Assembly: GCA_004764695.1 (NCBI GenBank)
Contig: SMSO01000035.1
Span: forward strand, 4,166,040 to 4,230,039
Reading direction: 5' to 3'
DNA length: 64,000 nt
From: Schizochytrium sp. TIO01
Taxonomy: Eukaryota; Protista; Bigyra: Labyrinthulomycetes
Positions 10,427 to 19,460 of this stretch are shown here, piece by piece. The first letter of the stretch is position 1. Every line of letters begins with the position of its first letter. A model generated the notes under the pieces. The model did not search any database. It was not told the DNA's origin and saw nothing but the letters and a program-made list of their open reading frames with translations. Both the position numbers and the translations under genes were made by a program.

Positions 10427-12673
10427 ATGAGCGAGGCGAGTGGGAACTGCGACGTTGATGCAGGATCACAGTCCTTGTCCGGCCTCTGGGCTGAGCTCGA
10501 TGTTGGCGACGTGCTCTTCGAGGGCATGGTGGCCAAGCAGAGCGAGATCCTTGGCCGCTGGAACTCACGATTCGTACGTGTGGTGAGAATCCGCCAAACC
10601 AGCATCGTTGTGCTTTATTGGGTTTCGCGCGGTGCTTTTCAAGAGCGCCCTCATGAGCCACGCGGCATTTTTGACGGATCTAGGGCACTCATTGAGGTGG
10701 AGCGCGACTCGCTTGCCGTCACCGTGCGCCACTTCAGCGATGTGCTACGTGAAGGTGACTGCTTCGGGCCTCGACAAGACATGGGCGTAAATATCCGCGT
10801 AAACTCCGTCGAAGACCTGGACAGTCTCGCAAATGCTCTCCAAGGAGCTGGATGTGACCAAGGAGGCGCTGCAGTGGGCTCAATTGCGCTTCAGTTTAAT
10901 ACTGCGGTTACGCCATACAGCCATGAAAGACCCCCCAGGAGGCTAGAGTCGTCGTCGTCGAGCAGCGCCACAGAGGCCTCAAAGACATTAAGCTCAACGT
11001 CCACAGCAACCATTTCGGCCACGAACTCGACGCCAGCGCCAGCTGGAACACATAGAGGACCTGCAAACTCGATGCACGGAGTGAACCGTTTGGAGCAAGA
11101 ATATTGCTTGCTTGGAGAACTTGGCAGAGGAGCGTTTTCGATCGTTTACCGATCCAAACGACGTCCAATCCCAACCAAGTTTAGACGCGATGTACAATCG
11201 GAGTTGGCGGTCAAGGTGGTACTTCTGAACAAGATGTCCACGAGGGAGCGCAAGACTCAGCTGAGGTACCTCAACAGCGAGGTTTCGGTAATGCGCAAAG
11301 TGGCTGAACGTATGCCGCGTAATAAAAATGTAGTGCACCTGTACGAGAGCTTTGCAGAGTCAAGGCCCACGTACAGAGTGTGTCTGGTGATGGAGCTTTG
11401 CAACGGTGGTGAACTTTTTGACCGCATCGTGGCACGCAGATCTTTCACTGAGCGCGATGCCAAGGTGGTCATTCAGAAGCTCGCCAGCGCCCTCAGTGAA
11501 ATGCACTCTATTGGTGTAGTGCATCGTGACATTAAACCAGAGAACCTCATCTATGCCACGCGTGAGGAGGACTCCGACATTAAGATCACTGACTTTGGTC
11601 TCGCCATGGACATGGACTACCCAGAGCGAGATGTGTATAAATCCCATGTGGTTGGCACCAGCGGCTACTTTGCCCCTGAGGTGCTCTCCCTACGCTACAG
11701 TCCGGCCTGCGACGTTTGGTCTCTTGGCGTCGTCCTCTATATTCTTTTGTGCGGCTACCCGCCCTTTGTTGGGCGCACGCGTATCGATGTGCAAAAAGAG
11801 ATCCGTGAGGGACGCTACGAGTTCCATGTCCCCGAATGGGATAATATTTCAGACCAGGCCAAGAACCTCATTTCGCTCATGATTGAAGTCAACGTTAAGC
11901 GAAGGATACGCATGTGCGACGTGCTCAAGCACCCGTGGATCACATCTCGTACGCCAGAGGATGCAGCTCCTATCGCTCTCGATAAGCACAAGCAGTTCAA
12001 CAACCGCCGCAAGCTTAAGGCAGCGGCCTATGCAGTCATGTGGGGTGCAAGGCTCAACAACAAGAGGAAGGACAAACTTGAGGCTATTGCGAAATCTCTC
12101 AAACCAGAGGGATTCACTTCGGATGACTTGAAGCTTATTCGCACAACTTTTGACAATCACACTAAAGAACATGATGGGGTGATCGAGAATGTTGGTCAGC
12201 TTGATCAGATTATGCTTGAGCTCGGTTTCTCTGGAGTCCCAGTGGAACGAATGTTTCATTTATTTGATGATAACGGCGATGGGAAGGTTGACCAAGCAGA
12301 GCTGCTCTCAGGCCTAGCAGCCCTGCAGGGCCCGGGCCTTGAGTCTCTCAAGTTTTGTTTCTCTGTGTACGACAAAGATGGATCAGGGGGGCTGGATAAG
12401 GATGAACTCATGAGCGTGCTGTCAATGGCTGTTACCAACACGTCAGTCGATGCGGACCGCGTGGCTCTTGATCTCTCAGAAGCTTTTGAGCAGGTTGATG
12501 CTGATCGCGACGGAACAATTACATTTGATGAGTTCAAGTCAGCCTGCGAATCAAAACCTTACCTTGTTGAATGTCTCTTGTCTCGCAAGCTTTCTGGGGC
12601 AGATGCTCCCACTAAGCTCGCGCATGCTGACAGTACCGCATCCAAGGACGTAAATGGAATTTCGCAAGCCTAG
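10427..12673 (+). CDS. Ca2+/calmodulin-regulated Ser/Thr kinase: N-terminal PH-like domain, CAMK kinase domain, CaM-binding helix, three EF-hands (CCaMK-like architecture)
   Basis: PH-like start FEGMVAKQSEILGRWNSRFVRV. Kinase motifs LGRGAFSIV, AVK, MELCNGGELFDRIV, HRDIKPEN, DFG, GYFAPE, DVWSLG. CaM-binding FNNRRKLKAAA. EF loops DDNGDGKVDQAE, DKDGSGGLDKDE, DADRDGTITFDE. First ATG is at 10427. Confidence 0.93.
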   Translation: MSEASGNCDVDAGSQSLSGLWAELDVGDVLFEGMVAKQSEILGRWNSRFVRVVRIRQTSIVVLYWVSRGAFQERPHEPRGIFDGSRALIEVERDSLAVTVRHFSDVLREGDCFGPRQDMGVNIRVNSVEDLDSLANALQGAGCDQGGAAVGSIALQFNTAVTPYSHERPPRRLESSSSSSATEASKTLSSTSTATISATNSTPAPAGTHRGPANSMHGVNRLEQEYCLLGELGRGAFSIVYRSKRRPIPTKFRRDVQSELAVKVVLLNKMSTRERKTQLRYLNSEVSVMRKVAERMPRNKNVVHLYESFAESRPTYRVCLVMELCNGGELFDRIVARRSFTERDAKVVIQKLASALSEMHSIGVVHRDIKPENLIYATREEDSDIKITDFGLAMDMDYPERDVYKSHVVGTSGYFAPEVLSLRYSPACDVWSLGVVLYILLCGYPPFVGRTRIDVQKEIREGRYEFHVPEWDNISDQAKNLISLMIEVNVKRRIRMCDVLKHPWITSRTPEDAAPIALDKHKQFNNRRKLKAAAYAVMWGARLNNKRKDKLEAIAKSLKPEGFTSDDLKLIRTTFDNHTKEHDGVIENVGQLDQIMLELGFSGVPVERMFHLFDDNGDGKVDQAELLSGLAALQGPGLESLKFCFSVYDKDGSGGLDKDELMSVLSMAVTNTSVDADRVALDLSEAFEQVDADRDGTITFDEFKSACESKPYLVECLLSRKLSGADAPTKLAHADSTASKDVNGISQA

Positions 12674-13468
12674 TTCTTGTCGCCTATACTCACCATTCAC
12701 CTTAAATTCCCATTCTTCCCTTCTTTCTTCTTCTGTCATTTTTCTGGCCTAGTTTGCTATCCTGCAGTTGATTTTTAACGTACATATTGGAACGCCTCAT
12801 CATCTCCCTCTATTATCGTAACACCTCGTCATACTGACTGATTCGCACTCGGGAGAAATCCTACCTACGCTTCTGAAATATGATTCTCCCTGAAGTGCTG
12901 TATGTCTGTTTCTCATCGTCATGTCAATTCTATTGCTGAATCCCCCAAAACATTGTTTTCTAATCATGGGGAAACAACAGCAGCCGTGGTATTACGTCGT
13001 TTCTTATCCTAGGAGACAGAATATCATTCATAATAAAATAGAAACAACAACAAACAAATCAATTCTCCTTTTCTCTTTCATCTTTCATATCTCTCATAAC
13101 AGTTTACCTTTGGGAAATGAGCTACCAACCCCTTCTTTACGAAAGTTATATGCTACATTTGTTTGTTTGAGCCTTGGATGGTTTCGATTTCATTTCTATC
13201 TCTCTTCACACGATTCTTTTTAAAATAAATATTGATAGTTGTGAAAATCAAAGAACATGATTTTGAGGTATATTATTTGATCTTCAATTATATAGCACTT
13301 CTTCTGATACAATAAGTTGATGCTGAGGTGCAAAAATGAAAGAACAAAAGTGCAAAGATTTTTGTAGATTTAGTTATTTTGTAAGCAGTAGAAACAATGA
13401 CTTCGTTTGATACATGAGGTGACGTAAACCACTTCCTGACATACGCTAGAAACAAAATCAAGACTACT

Positions 13469-14485
13469 CTAGGCCTTTTGACCTACCTTTTCACGCTCCT
13501 GAATACGCTCTGCAATGGCAAGAACGCGCTTTGCATTGCGGTAGTGCAAGATCTCTACGAGTTTGCCGTCAACAGTGACAACTCCAGAGCCTGTGCGGAC
13601 AGCCTCCTCGTGTGCTTCAATCACACGGCGCGAATAATCTACATCTTTCTCCGATGGAGAAAAGTGTGTGTTGGCTTCTGCAACAGTCTTGGGATGGATC
13701 AGCGTCTTACCGTCAAAGCCAAGCTCGCGGCCTTGTACACATTCCTTAGTGTATCCCTCGTCGTTTTGCAAATCTACGTAAACACCATCGAGAGCAGTAA
13801 TTCCATTAGCACGAGCAGCCACAACGCAGCGCTGCAGTGCGTATTGAAGGTTGAATCGTCCCTCGGCCATCGGCTTGCAGTGCAAATCATTAGCCAGGTC
13901 AACAGTACCCATAATCAGTGCCGTGACACGAGGTGAGGAGGCCAGCTCATAGACGTTCTCAACACCCCGCGGGGTCTCCACCATGCACCAAATGTCCATA
14001 GCAGGGTCTCCCCCCGCTGCACCAAGACGATCGATCAAATCGGCAACATCCTCCTTGGACTCGGCCTTGGGCAGCAACACTGCATGGGCGCCACTGGTAG
14101 CAACAGCTTCAACATCGTTGGCGTACCACGGAGTGGTGCGGCCATTCACACGGATACAAATCTCAGAGAACCCATAAGTGCCCTTCTCCTTGTGCTCCTT
14201 AGAAGCCTCCACAGCTTGTTTGCGAGCAATCTCCTTTTGGTCTGGCGAGACAGCATCTTCAAGATCGAAAATGTAGGCGTCCGCATGAATAGTTTTGGCC
14301 TTCTCCAAGGCCCTCTGGCGTGAAGACGGCATGTACAACACGCTTCTGCGCACGACAACATTGTCCAGATCGTCTACCCGCGTCGAGAACCCTGCCGCGA
14401 GGATCCCGCGTCTCCACGCTTGCTGCGATCCCGCGTTTGCCAGCCCTTGCCGACAGGCTTTGCTCAGTGTCCCCAGCGCAAGCAT
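13469..14485 (-). CDS. CitE/HpcH-HpaI family CoA-ester lyase/thioesterase (citrate lyase beta-like / malyl-CoA thioesterase-like), probable mitochondrial presequence
   Basis: Motifs RRSVLYMP, IFDLEDAV, IRVNG, LLPK, MVETPRG, MGTVDL, GRELGFDGKTLIHP, VDGKLVE. The N-terminal ~35 aa are Arg/Ala/Leu-rich with no acidic residues and end in GFST. Confidence 0.93.
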   Translation of the reverse strand: MLALGTLSKACRQGLANAGSQQAWRRGILAAGFSTRVDDLDNVVVRRSVLYMPSSRQRALEKAKTIHADAYIFDLEDAVSPDQKEIARKQAVEASKEHKEKGTYGFSEICIRVNGRTTPWYANDVEAVATSGAHAVLLPKAESKEDVADLIDRLGAAGGDPAMDIWCMVETPRGVENVYELASSPRVTALIMGTVDLANDLHCKPMAEGRFNLQYALQRCVVAARANGITALDGVYVDLQNDEGYTKECVQGRELGFDGKTLIHPKTVAEANTHFSPSEKDVDYSRRVIEAHEEAVRTGSGVVTVDGKLVEILHYRNAKRVLAIAERIQEREKVGQKA

Positions 14486-14953
14486 CTCTCTTGTGTCAGC
14501 TGATGGATGGTCAGTCCCTAAGCCCTTGTCTTCTTCCTCAGTCCGCGCTAATCTAAAGTCGCCAAGTTTTACTGTCTGCGACCGCCCAAGCCAATCTATC
14601 TACGCTCGCTAGGTTGCCAAGCCGACGCCGATCGTCTCTCCACAACACACAGTTCTTCGTTCTCCAGGTACGCTCAGCGAAGCCGCCAATCGGGATTTGT
14701 GATCGATTCATCGATTCTCATGCATTTGTTTCGTCTTCGTTGCAGTATCCTTATTTTACCATTATGAAGTCCTTTTCTTTTTAATTAAAAAATTGAACCT
14801 TTATCTTATAACTGGAGAAGTAATGCAGATCTTGCATAACAAACACTTAGTAGTACAGATAGCAGATCCAAAGCAATTGAAAGCTCTTCCCTCGATATCA
14901 TGAAACCCGGACTCAGTTAGGGAAAGGACCTGGCAAACCTGGACTCGGTTTTC

Positions 14954-15002
14954 TTGAAGAGTTTAGATTGAAGAGTTTAGATTGAAGAGTTTAGATTGAA
15001 GA
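14954..15002. repeat. 14-bp tandem repeat (TTGAAGAGTTTAGA) x3.5 in the divergent intergenic region
   Basis: Exact tandem copies read directly from the sequence. Confidence 0.95.
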
Positions 15003-15298
15003 TATTGGCGACTATGAATAAGGTTGGAGGAACAATTGGCAAAAGTAAGGGAACCCTACGTAGCACAAGACTTTGATAAACTCTTTATGGGTCAGGTTTT
15101 GCTGCAGGAAAGGCAGTAAAAATGAGCCCTACCTTTTCGCTTAGCTGGCGAAGGTATGATTAAATGTAATTATCAATCAATCACAATCAATCAATCAACC
15201 AATTGATAATCGAACTGCAAGCGCTGGGATCGCAAGGCCAGCTTGAAGAAAGCGCACCAACACCCAGCAGAAGAAGCAGGACATAAACCCAGGGCATC

Positions 15299-16408
15299 AT
15301 GGACGTCTCGACTCGCGACCGCGCCAAGCGTACTGTCTTCTGGGAGGGCGGCGATGCCATGACAGGCCACATCCGGCTTATTGACCAGCCGAAGTTGCCG
15401 CTCTCGTTGGAGTACGTGGACTGCGACAGCGTCGAGTTTGCGTGCCAGTGCATCCGTGACATGACCATTCGTGGAGCCCCCGCGATTGGAGCCATGGCTG
15501 GATACGCCATGGTTCTCGCAGCTCGTGACGCAGCTAGCCTTGCTCCGGAGGCCCAAGTGGAGGCGCTCAGAGAGGCCAAGAAGACCCTCGATGCCTCAAG
15601 ACCGACGGCAATCAACCTAATGTGGGCAACGAAGCGCATTGTGGAGCTTGTGGAAAACACAGAAGTCACTGATGGCCTTCCGGCACTTGTCTTGAAAGAG
15701 GCTGAGGCTCTTGCGGATGAGGATGTGGCAATTAACATCGCCATGGCGAAGCATGGCGCAGAGATTGTGCCTGAGGGAGCCAACATCCTGCACATTTGCA
15801 ACACTGGATGCCTCGCGACCGTGGACGTCGGCACTGCACTTGGTGTGATCTACGAGAGTTTTCACCAAGGCAAGAACATCCACGCATGGGTCTGCGAGAC
15901 CCGGCCGAGACTCCAGGGTGCTCGTCTCTCTGCTTGGGAGCTCATGCGTGAGGGCGTGCCCATGCACCTCATTGCGGACAGCGCAGCAGGACTGCTGATG
16001 CACCGTGGAAAGGTCGATGTTGTACTCTATGGAGCTGACCGTATTGCTGCAGATGGCTGGACTGCTAACAAGATTGGTTCCCTTCCGGTTAGTATTGTTG
16101 CTCGTGAGCACGGTATTCCGGTCTACGTTGTTGCACCCACCTCCACTATTGACTTGGACGTGGCCACTGGCTCGGATATTCCTATCGAGGAGCGTGGTGC
16201 TGAGGAGGTTACCTACCTCATGGGTGGCAACCGCATTGCTCCGGAGAACGTGCAGGTTTTCAACCCAGCATTCGATGTGGTGAACCCCAAGTACATCACA
16301 GGTATCATTACCGAACATGGCATCTGCTACCCTCCGTTTAAGAAGAGTCTCCGCGCCGTCAAGGAAAAGGCTGAGCAGGAGATTCGCTCTCGCTGGTCTC
16401 AAAAGTAA
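15299..16408 (+). CDS. MRI1: Methylthioribose-1-phosphate isomerase (methionine salvage)
   Basis: 369 aa. Motifs LIDQPKLP, MTIRGAPAIG, SRPTAINL, CNTGCLAT..GTALGVI, ETRPRLQGARL, GADRIAADG..ANKIG, APTSTID, IPIEER, NPAFDV, GIITEHG. Confidence 0.97.
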   Translation: MDVSTRDRAKRTVFWEGGDAMTGHIRLIDQPKLPLSLEYVDCDSVEFACQCIRDMTIRGAPAIGAMAGYAMVLAARDAASLAPEAQVEALREAKKTLDASRPTAINLMWATKRIVELVENTEVTDGLPALVLKEAEALADEDVAINIAMAKHGAEIVPEGANILHICNTGCLATVDVGTALGVIYESFHQGKNIHAWVCETRPRLQGARLSAWELMREGVPMHLIADSAAGLLMHRGKVDVVLYGADRIAADGWTANKIGSLPVSIVAREHGIPVYVVAPTSTIDLDVATGSDIPIEERGAEEVTYLMGGNRIAPENVQVFNPAFDVVNPKYITGIITEHGICYPPFKKSLRAVKEKAEQEIRSRWSQK

Positions 16409-17623
16409 AGAAGCTACCTGCGTGCCTAGATTCAAGGTGAAAGAATGATGTTTTCTTTCTCCGGTGAATGAAATAAAAATGGACCAGCGTCTTTATGAAG
16501 ATGCATGTTCTGATTTCGTTTTCCTCCAATTCTCTAATCCCTCCAAGTTAAATCGAGACACACAGATATATTTAGAATTGTCACCATGAGCACCGAAGGA
16601 TCTTTTTGCTGTCACTCTTCACAACGCCAGACGTTTTTAAATTTTCCTTTTCAGTGAAAAGACGTATGTGCGAATTCTTAGATATAAGGTTGTGGTCACA
16701 AAAGTCTGTTTTGTTACACTCACAGACAGATGAACGTGAAGAAAATTTGTGACTACGACAAGCGTGCATGTACGGCTGCTCCTACTAGTACCTGACAAGC
16801 ATGGACTATTCTACACAATGAGCAATTACGTGGAATAAGGCATCTGATGCTGCTTTCTCTATTGAGGCATTGTTGCTGCATTAGAACAGTTTACAACAAG
16901 TACTACTCATTTTTCATGTTTTTTTCTTCTGTTCCACTTGAGATTGTAACCCATCACTCCTCTCCAGTATTTTCAATCACGCGAGACTAGCGGCCCCTTT
17001 GCAGGCCAAAGTAGACAAAGTTAAGTAGCTAGCTACTACCTTCCTAGTGATTTACAGTATAATATTTAGAGCGGTTCGAGATTGATTGCGCAGTGTGATG
17101 CAATCGCCTCATTCGTAGGAGTGAACTTGGCATTGGTCACCCAATATGGCAAGTTGGAACTGAGGGCTCCCATCTCGATTTTTTGTATCGTGGTCATCTG
17201 AGACGAGGATACGGTAAATGAAACCAGGTAACAGTATCCGCTTTGGGAAAGGAAATTTATGTCAACCTGCCCCGCACGAGGTCACGCGCGACCATCTTCG
17301 TTGCGGCATATGATAAAAAGTCTTACACAGGTGCAATCTTTGTTCTGCGGAGAAGGTAAAATGGATGACATCTGCGTTTTTGTTTGGGGCAGACAACTGA
17401 TTGCTTGCTATCTCGTGTTGAGAAAGCAAAGAGAGAAGAGTTGACAGAAAGTAGAAATGGTATATATGCTCAGAGTAGACAAAACATACTTTAGGGTGTG
17501 AGGGATGTATTTTAGTTTATGCACGAATTGGATGATGTGAACGTAAATATCGAAGATTAATCAGAGGGTGGTGATGTAAGCGTTGACGTTGGTTTTTGTG
17601 ATGCGACAGAATGTGCCGACCGC

Positions 17624-19084
17624 TTAGCGGCGGAGGAGGGCACGGCGGGCGAGGCGCATAGCGCGCACGTTGGTGGAGAAGGCGCGGGAAGAGGCGGCGG
17701 ACTGGGAGATGGAGTCAGAGCGGGCGTAAGCACGGCGACCCAAGGCGTCGACACCGGAGAGGGTGAAGCTGCCGGGGTGGGGGGCGAGCTTGGTGCTGCC
17801 GAGGGTGGGGAGCTCGTAGTCGGTGGCGGTGTAGAACTGCTCACGCATCTCGAGGGCCTCAGTGAACTGCTCAGGGGTGGCCTTGACACGGTCCTCGAGG
17901 CGCTCGATGAGGTTACAGGTGGTGCGCTGCTCCTCGAGAGAGCCCTGCACGGTGGCAGAGAACATGGTGGCGGCGAGACCAGAGCCGTAGGAGAACATAA
18001 CAAGGCGGTCGTCCTTCTTGGCCTTCTTGTCGGAGTTGGCGATAAAGCTCAAGAGACCGAAGTAGAGGGAACCAGTGTAGGAGTTACCCAAGTTGCGGCC
18101 AGCGTAGGTGTAGGGGAAGACCTTGTCTTCGTAGTCCTGGGAGGAGGCCTTCACGCAGACCTTGTCGAGGTCACGGTTGGTGTAGGAGGCCATGTCGTCG
18201 ATGGAGCCAAACTCCTCGGCGATCTGCTTGAGGACCTCGTTGTCGCCGACAACCTCAGCACCGCGCTTGGCGTCGTTGTACATGAGGCGGCCGAAGGACT
18301 TCTGCACGAGCTTGGTGTACGGCTGGTGGAAGAGGAAGTGCTCAGCCTTGCCCTCGCTGTTGCCGAAGACGTCGAAGTCGGTGCCGTTGGCGTCCTTGAA
18401 CTTCTTGGCGTAGAGGTTGTAGCACTTGTCAACAGCGCGAAGGTAGCAAGAGTTGGAGAGGTGGCCATCGACAGCAGGGTACTCACTGTGGAGGAAGGGC
18501 TTGTAGAAGTCGTAGGCATCCTCGAAGTGGGAGGAGCGGAGACGGTTCTCAAAGACGATGGGGGCGTCAGGGCCGACGAGGAGGGCCACAACACCGGCAC
18601 CACCGGTGGGGCGAGCAGGGCCCTTCTCGTAGACGGCGATGTCACCCATGAGAACGACACCGTAGCGGCCATCCCAGGCGCTGGACTCGATCCAGTCGAT
18701 GGTGTTGAAGAGGGCGGAGGTACCACCGTAGCAAGCGTTGACGTTGGTGATACCGAGAACGTCGGTGTTGCCACTGTGCTCGAAGAGGCCCATGAGGGAG
18801 GTCTTGGTGGACTTGGACTTGTCAATGATGGTCTCGGTACCGACCTCGAGGCGGCCAATGTCCTTGTAGTCAAGGCCGTACTTCTCCATGAGGTTGGTCA
18901 AGGCAGACATGCACATAGAGTTGATGTCCTCGCCGGCACCGACGAAGGCCATGCTAGTCTGGCCGAGGCCCTTGGTGTACTTGCCAGCGGCAATACCGTC
19001 GAACTGCTCGAGGTCCTCCTGAGCCACATAGGTGGTCGGGAAGTAGCAGTCAGAGGCTACGATACCCACGTTCTTAGGCGCCAT
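17624..19084 (-). CDS. HMGS: Hydroxymethylglutaryl-CoA synthase (eukaryotic type), 486 aa
   Basis: Motifs GKYTKGLGQ, IGRLEVGTETIIDKSKS, catalytic NACYGGT, ARPTGGAG, YDFYKP, FHQPYTKLVQKS, GNSYTGSLY, FSYGSG. The ATG at 19084 (MAPKNVGI) matches the family N-terminus. Very strong C/G-ending codon bias suggests high expression. Confidence 0.98.
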   Translation of the reverse strand: MAPKNVGIVASDCYFPTTYVAQEDLEQFDGIAAGKYTKGLGQTSMAFVGAGEDINSMCMSALTNLMEKYGLDYKDIGRLEVGTETIIDKSKSTKTSLMGLFEHSGNTDVLGITNVNACYGGTSALFNTIDWIESSAWDGRYGVVLMGDIAVYEKGPARPTGGAGVVALLVGPDAPIVFENRLRSSHFEDAYDFYKPFLHSEYPAVDGHLSNSCYLRAVDKCYNLYAKKFKDANGTDFDVFGNSEGKAEHFLFHQPYTKLVQKSFGRLMYNDAKRGAEVVGDNEVLKQIAEEFGSIDDMASYTNRDLDKVCVKASSQDYEDKVFPYTYAGRNLGNSYTGSLYFGLLSFIANSDKKAKKDDRLVMFSYGSGLAATMFSATVQGSLEEQRTTCNLIERLEDRVKATPEQFTEALEMREQFYTATDYELPTLGSTKLAPHPGSFTLSGVDALGRRAYARSDSISQSAASSRAFSTNVRAMRLARRALLRR

Positions 19085-19118
19085 TTTGCTTGATTGATTG
19101 ATACAAGAGTCTACGGAT

Positions 19119-19460
19119 CTGTTTGTTGTGTTTGAGCCCGAAGGTTTGTTTGGGGTTTGCTGATGCCTTGTCATCGTCAACGGAGTCCGTCAAATCGCTT
19201 GCCTCGCCTTTTCCACCTTTTGCAAATAGCTTGCTGCCTTCCTCCCTCACGCTGCACACTGGGGATCCTTTAGGGACAGTGTGTATAGAGGGGAATAAGT
19301 TTTTTAAGTTTCTCAAATCACCTTCTTCCTCCAAGGACCAGACAGAATGAGGGCATTCACTTAAACTAACAAGTTCTTTATCAATCAAATTTCGACGATT
19401 CCTATTCACCCAAATCCTATCCAAAAGATGCAACTCCTCGCCCAACTATGCACAACGCAC
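19119..19460 (-). other. Probable 5' UTR intron of HMG-CoA synthase
   Basis: Minus-strand acceptor ...ACAACAAACAG ends at 19119, 35 nt before the ATG. Candidate donors are GTGCGT at 19460 or GTATGG at 19466. The donor is uncertain. Confidence 0.45.

Noticed and set aside
15617-16435. 272-aa and 215-aa minus-strand ORFs over MRI1
   Set aside because: Antisense shadows of a well-supported gene, with no motifs.
13469-19084. CitE-like + MRI1 + HMGS as a biosynthetic gene cluster
   Set aside because: No single known pathway joins the three. HMGS is the ordinary eukaryotic mevalonate type with very different codon bias, and no PKS/ACP genes are nearby.
17777-19093. 438-aa plus-strand ORF (and 148/240-aa shifted-frame ORFs) overlapping HMGS
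   Set aside because: These are antisense and frame shadows produced by the extreme C/G-ending codon bias of HMGS. No ATG-led, domain-like product.
19085-19180. 32-aa N-terminal extension of HMGS in the ORF track
   Set aside because: It begins at a non-ATG codon and crosses a probable intron acceptor and (ATCA) repeats. Homology starts at MAPKNVG.
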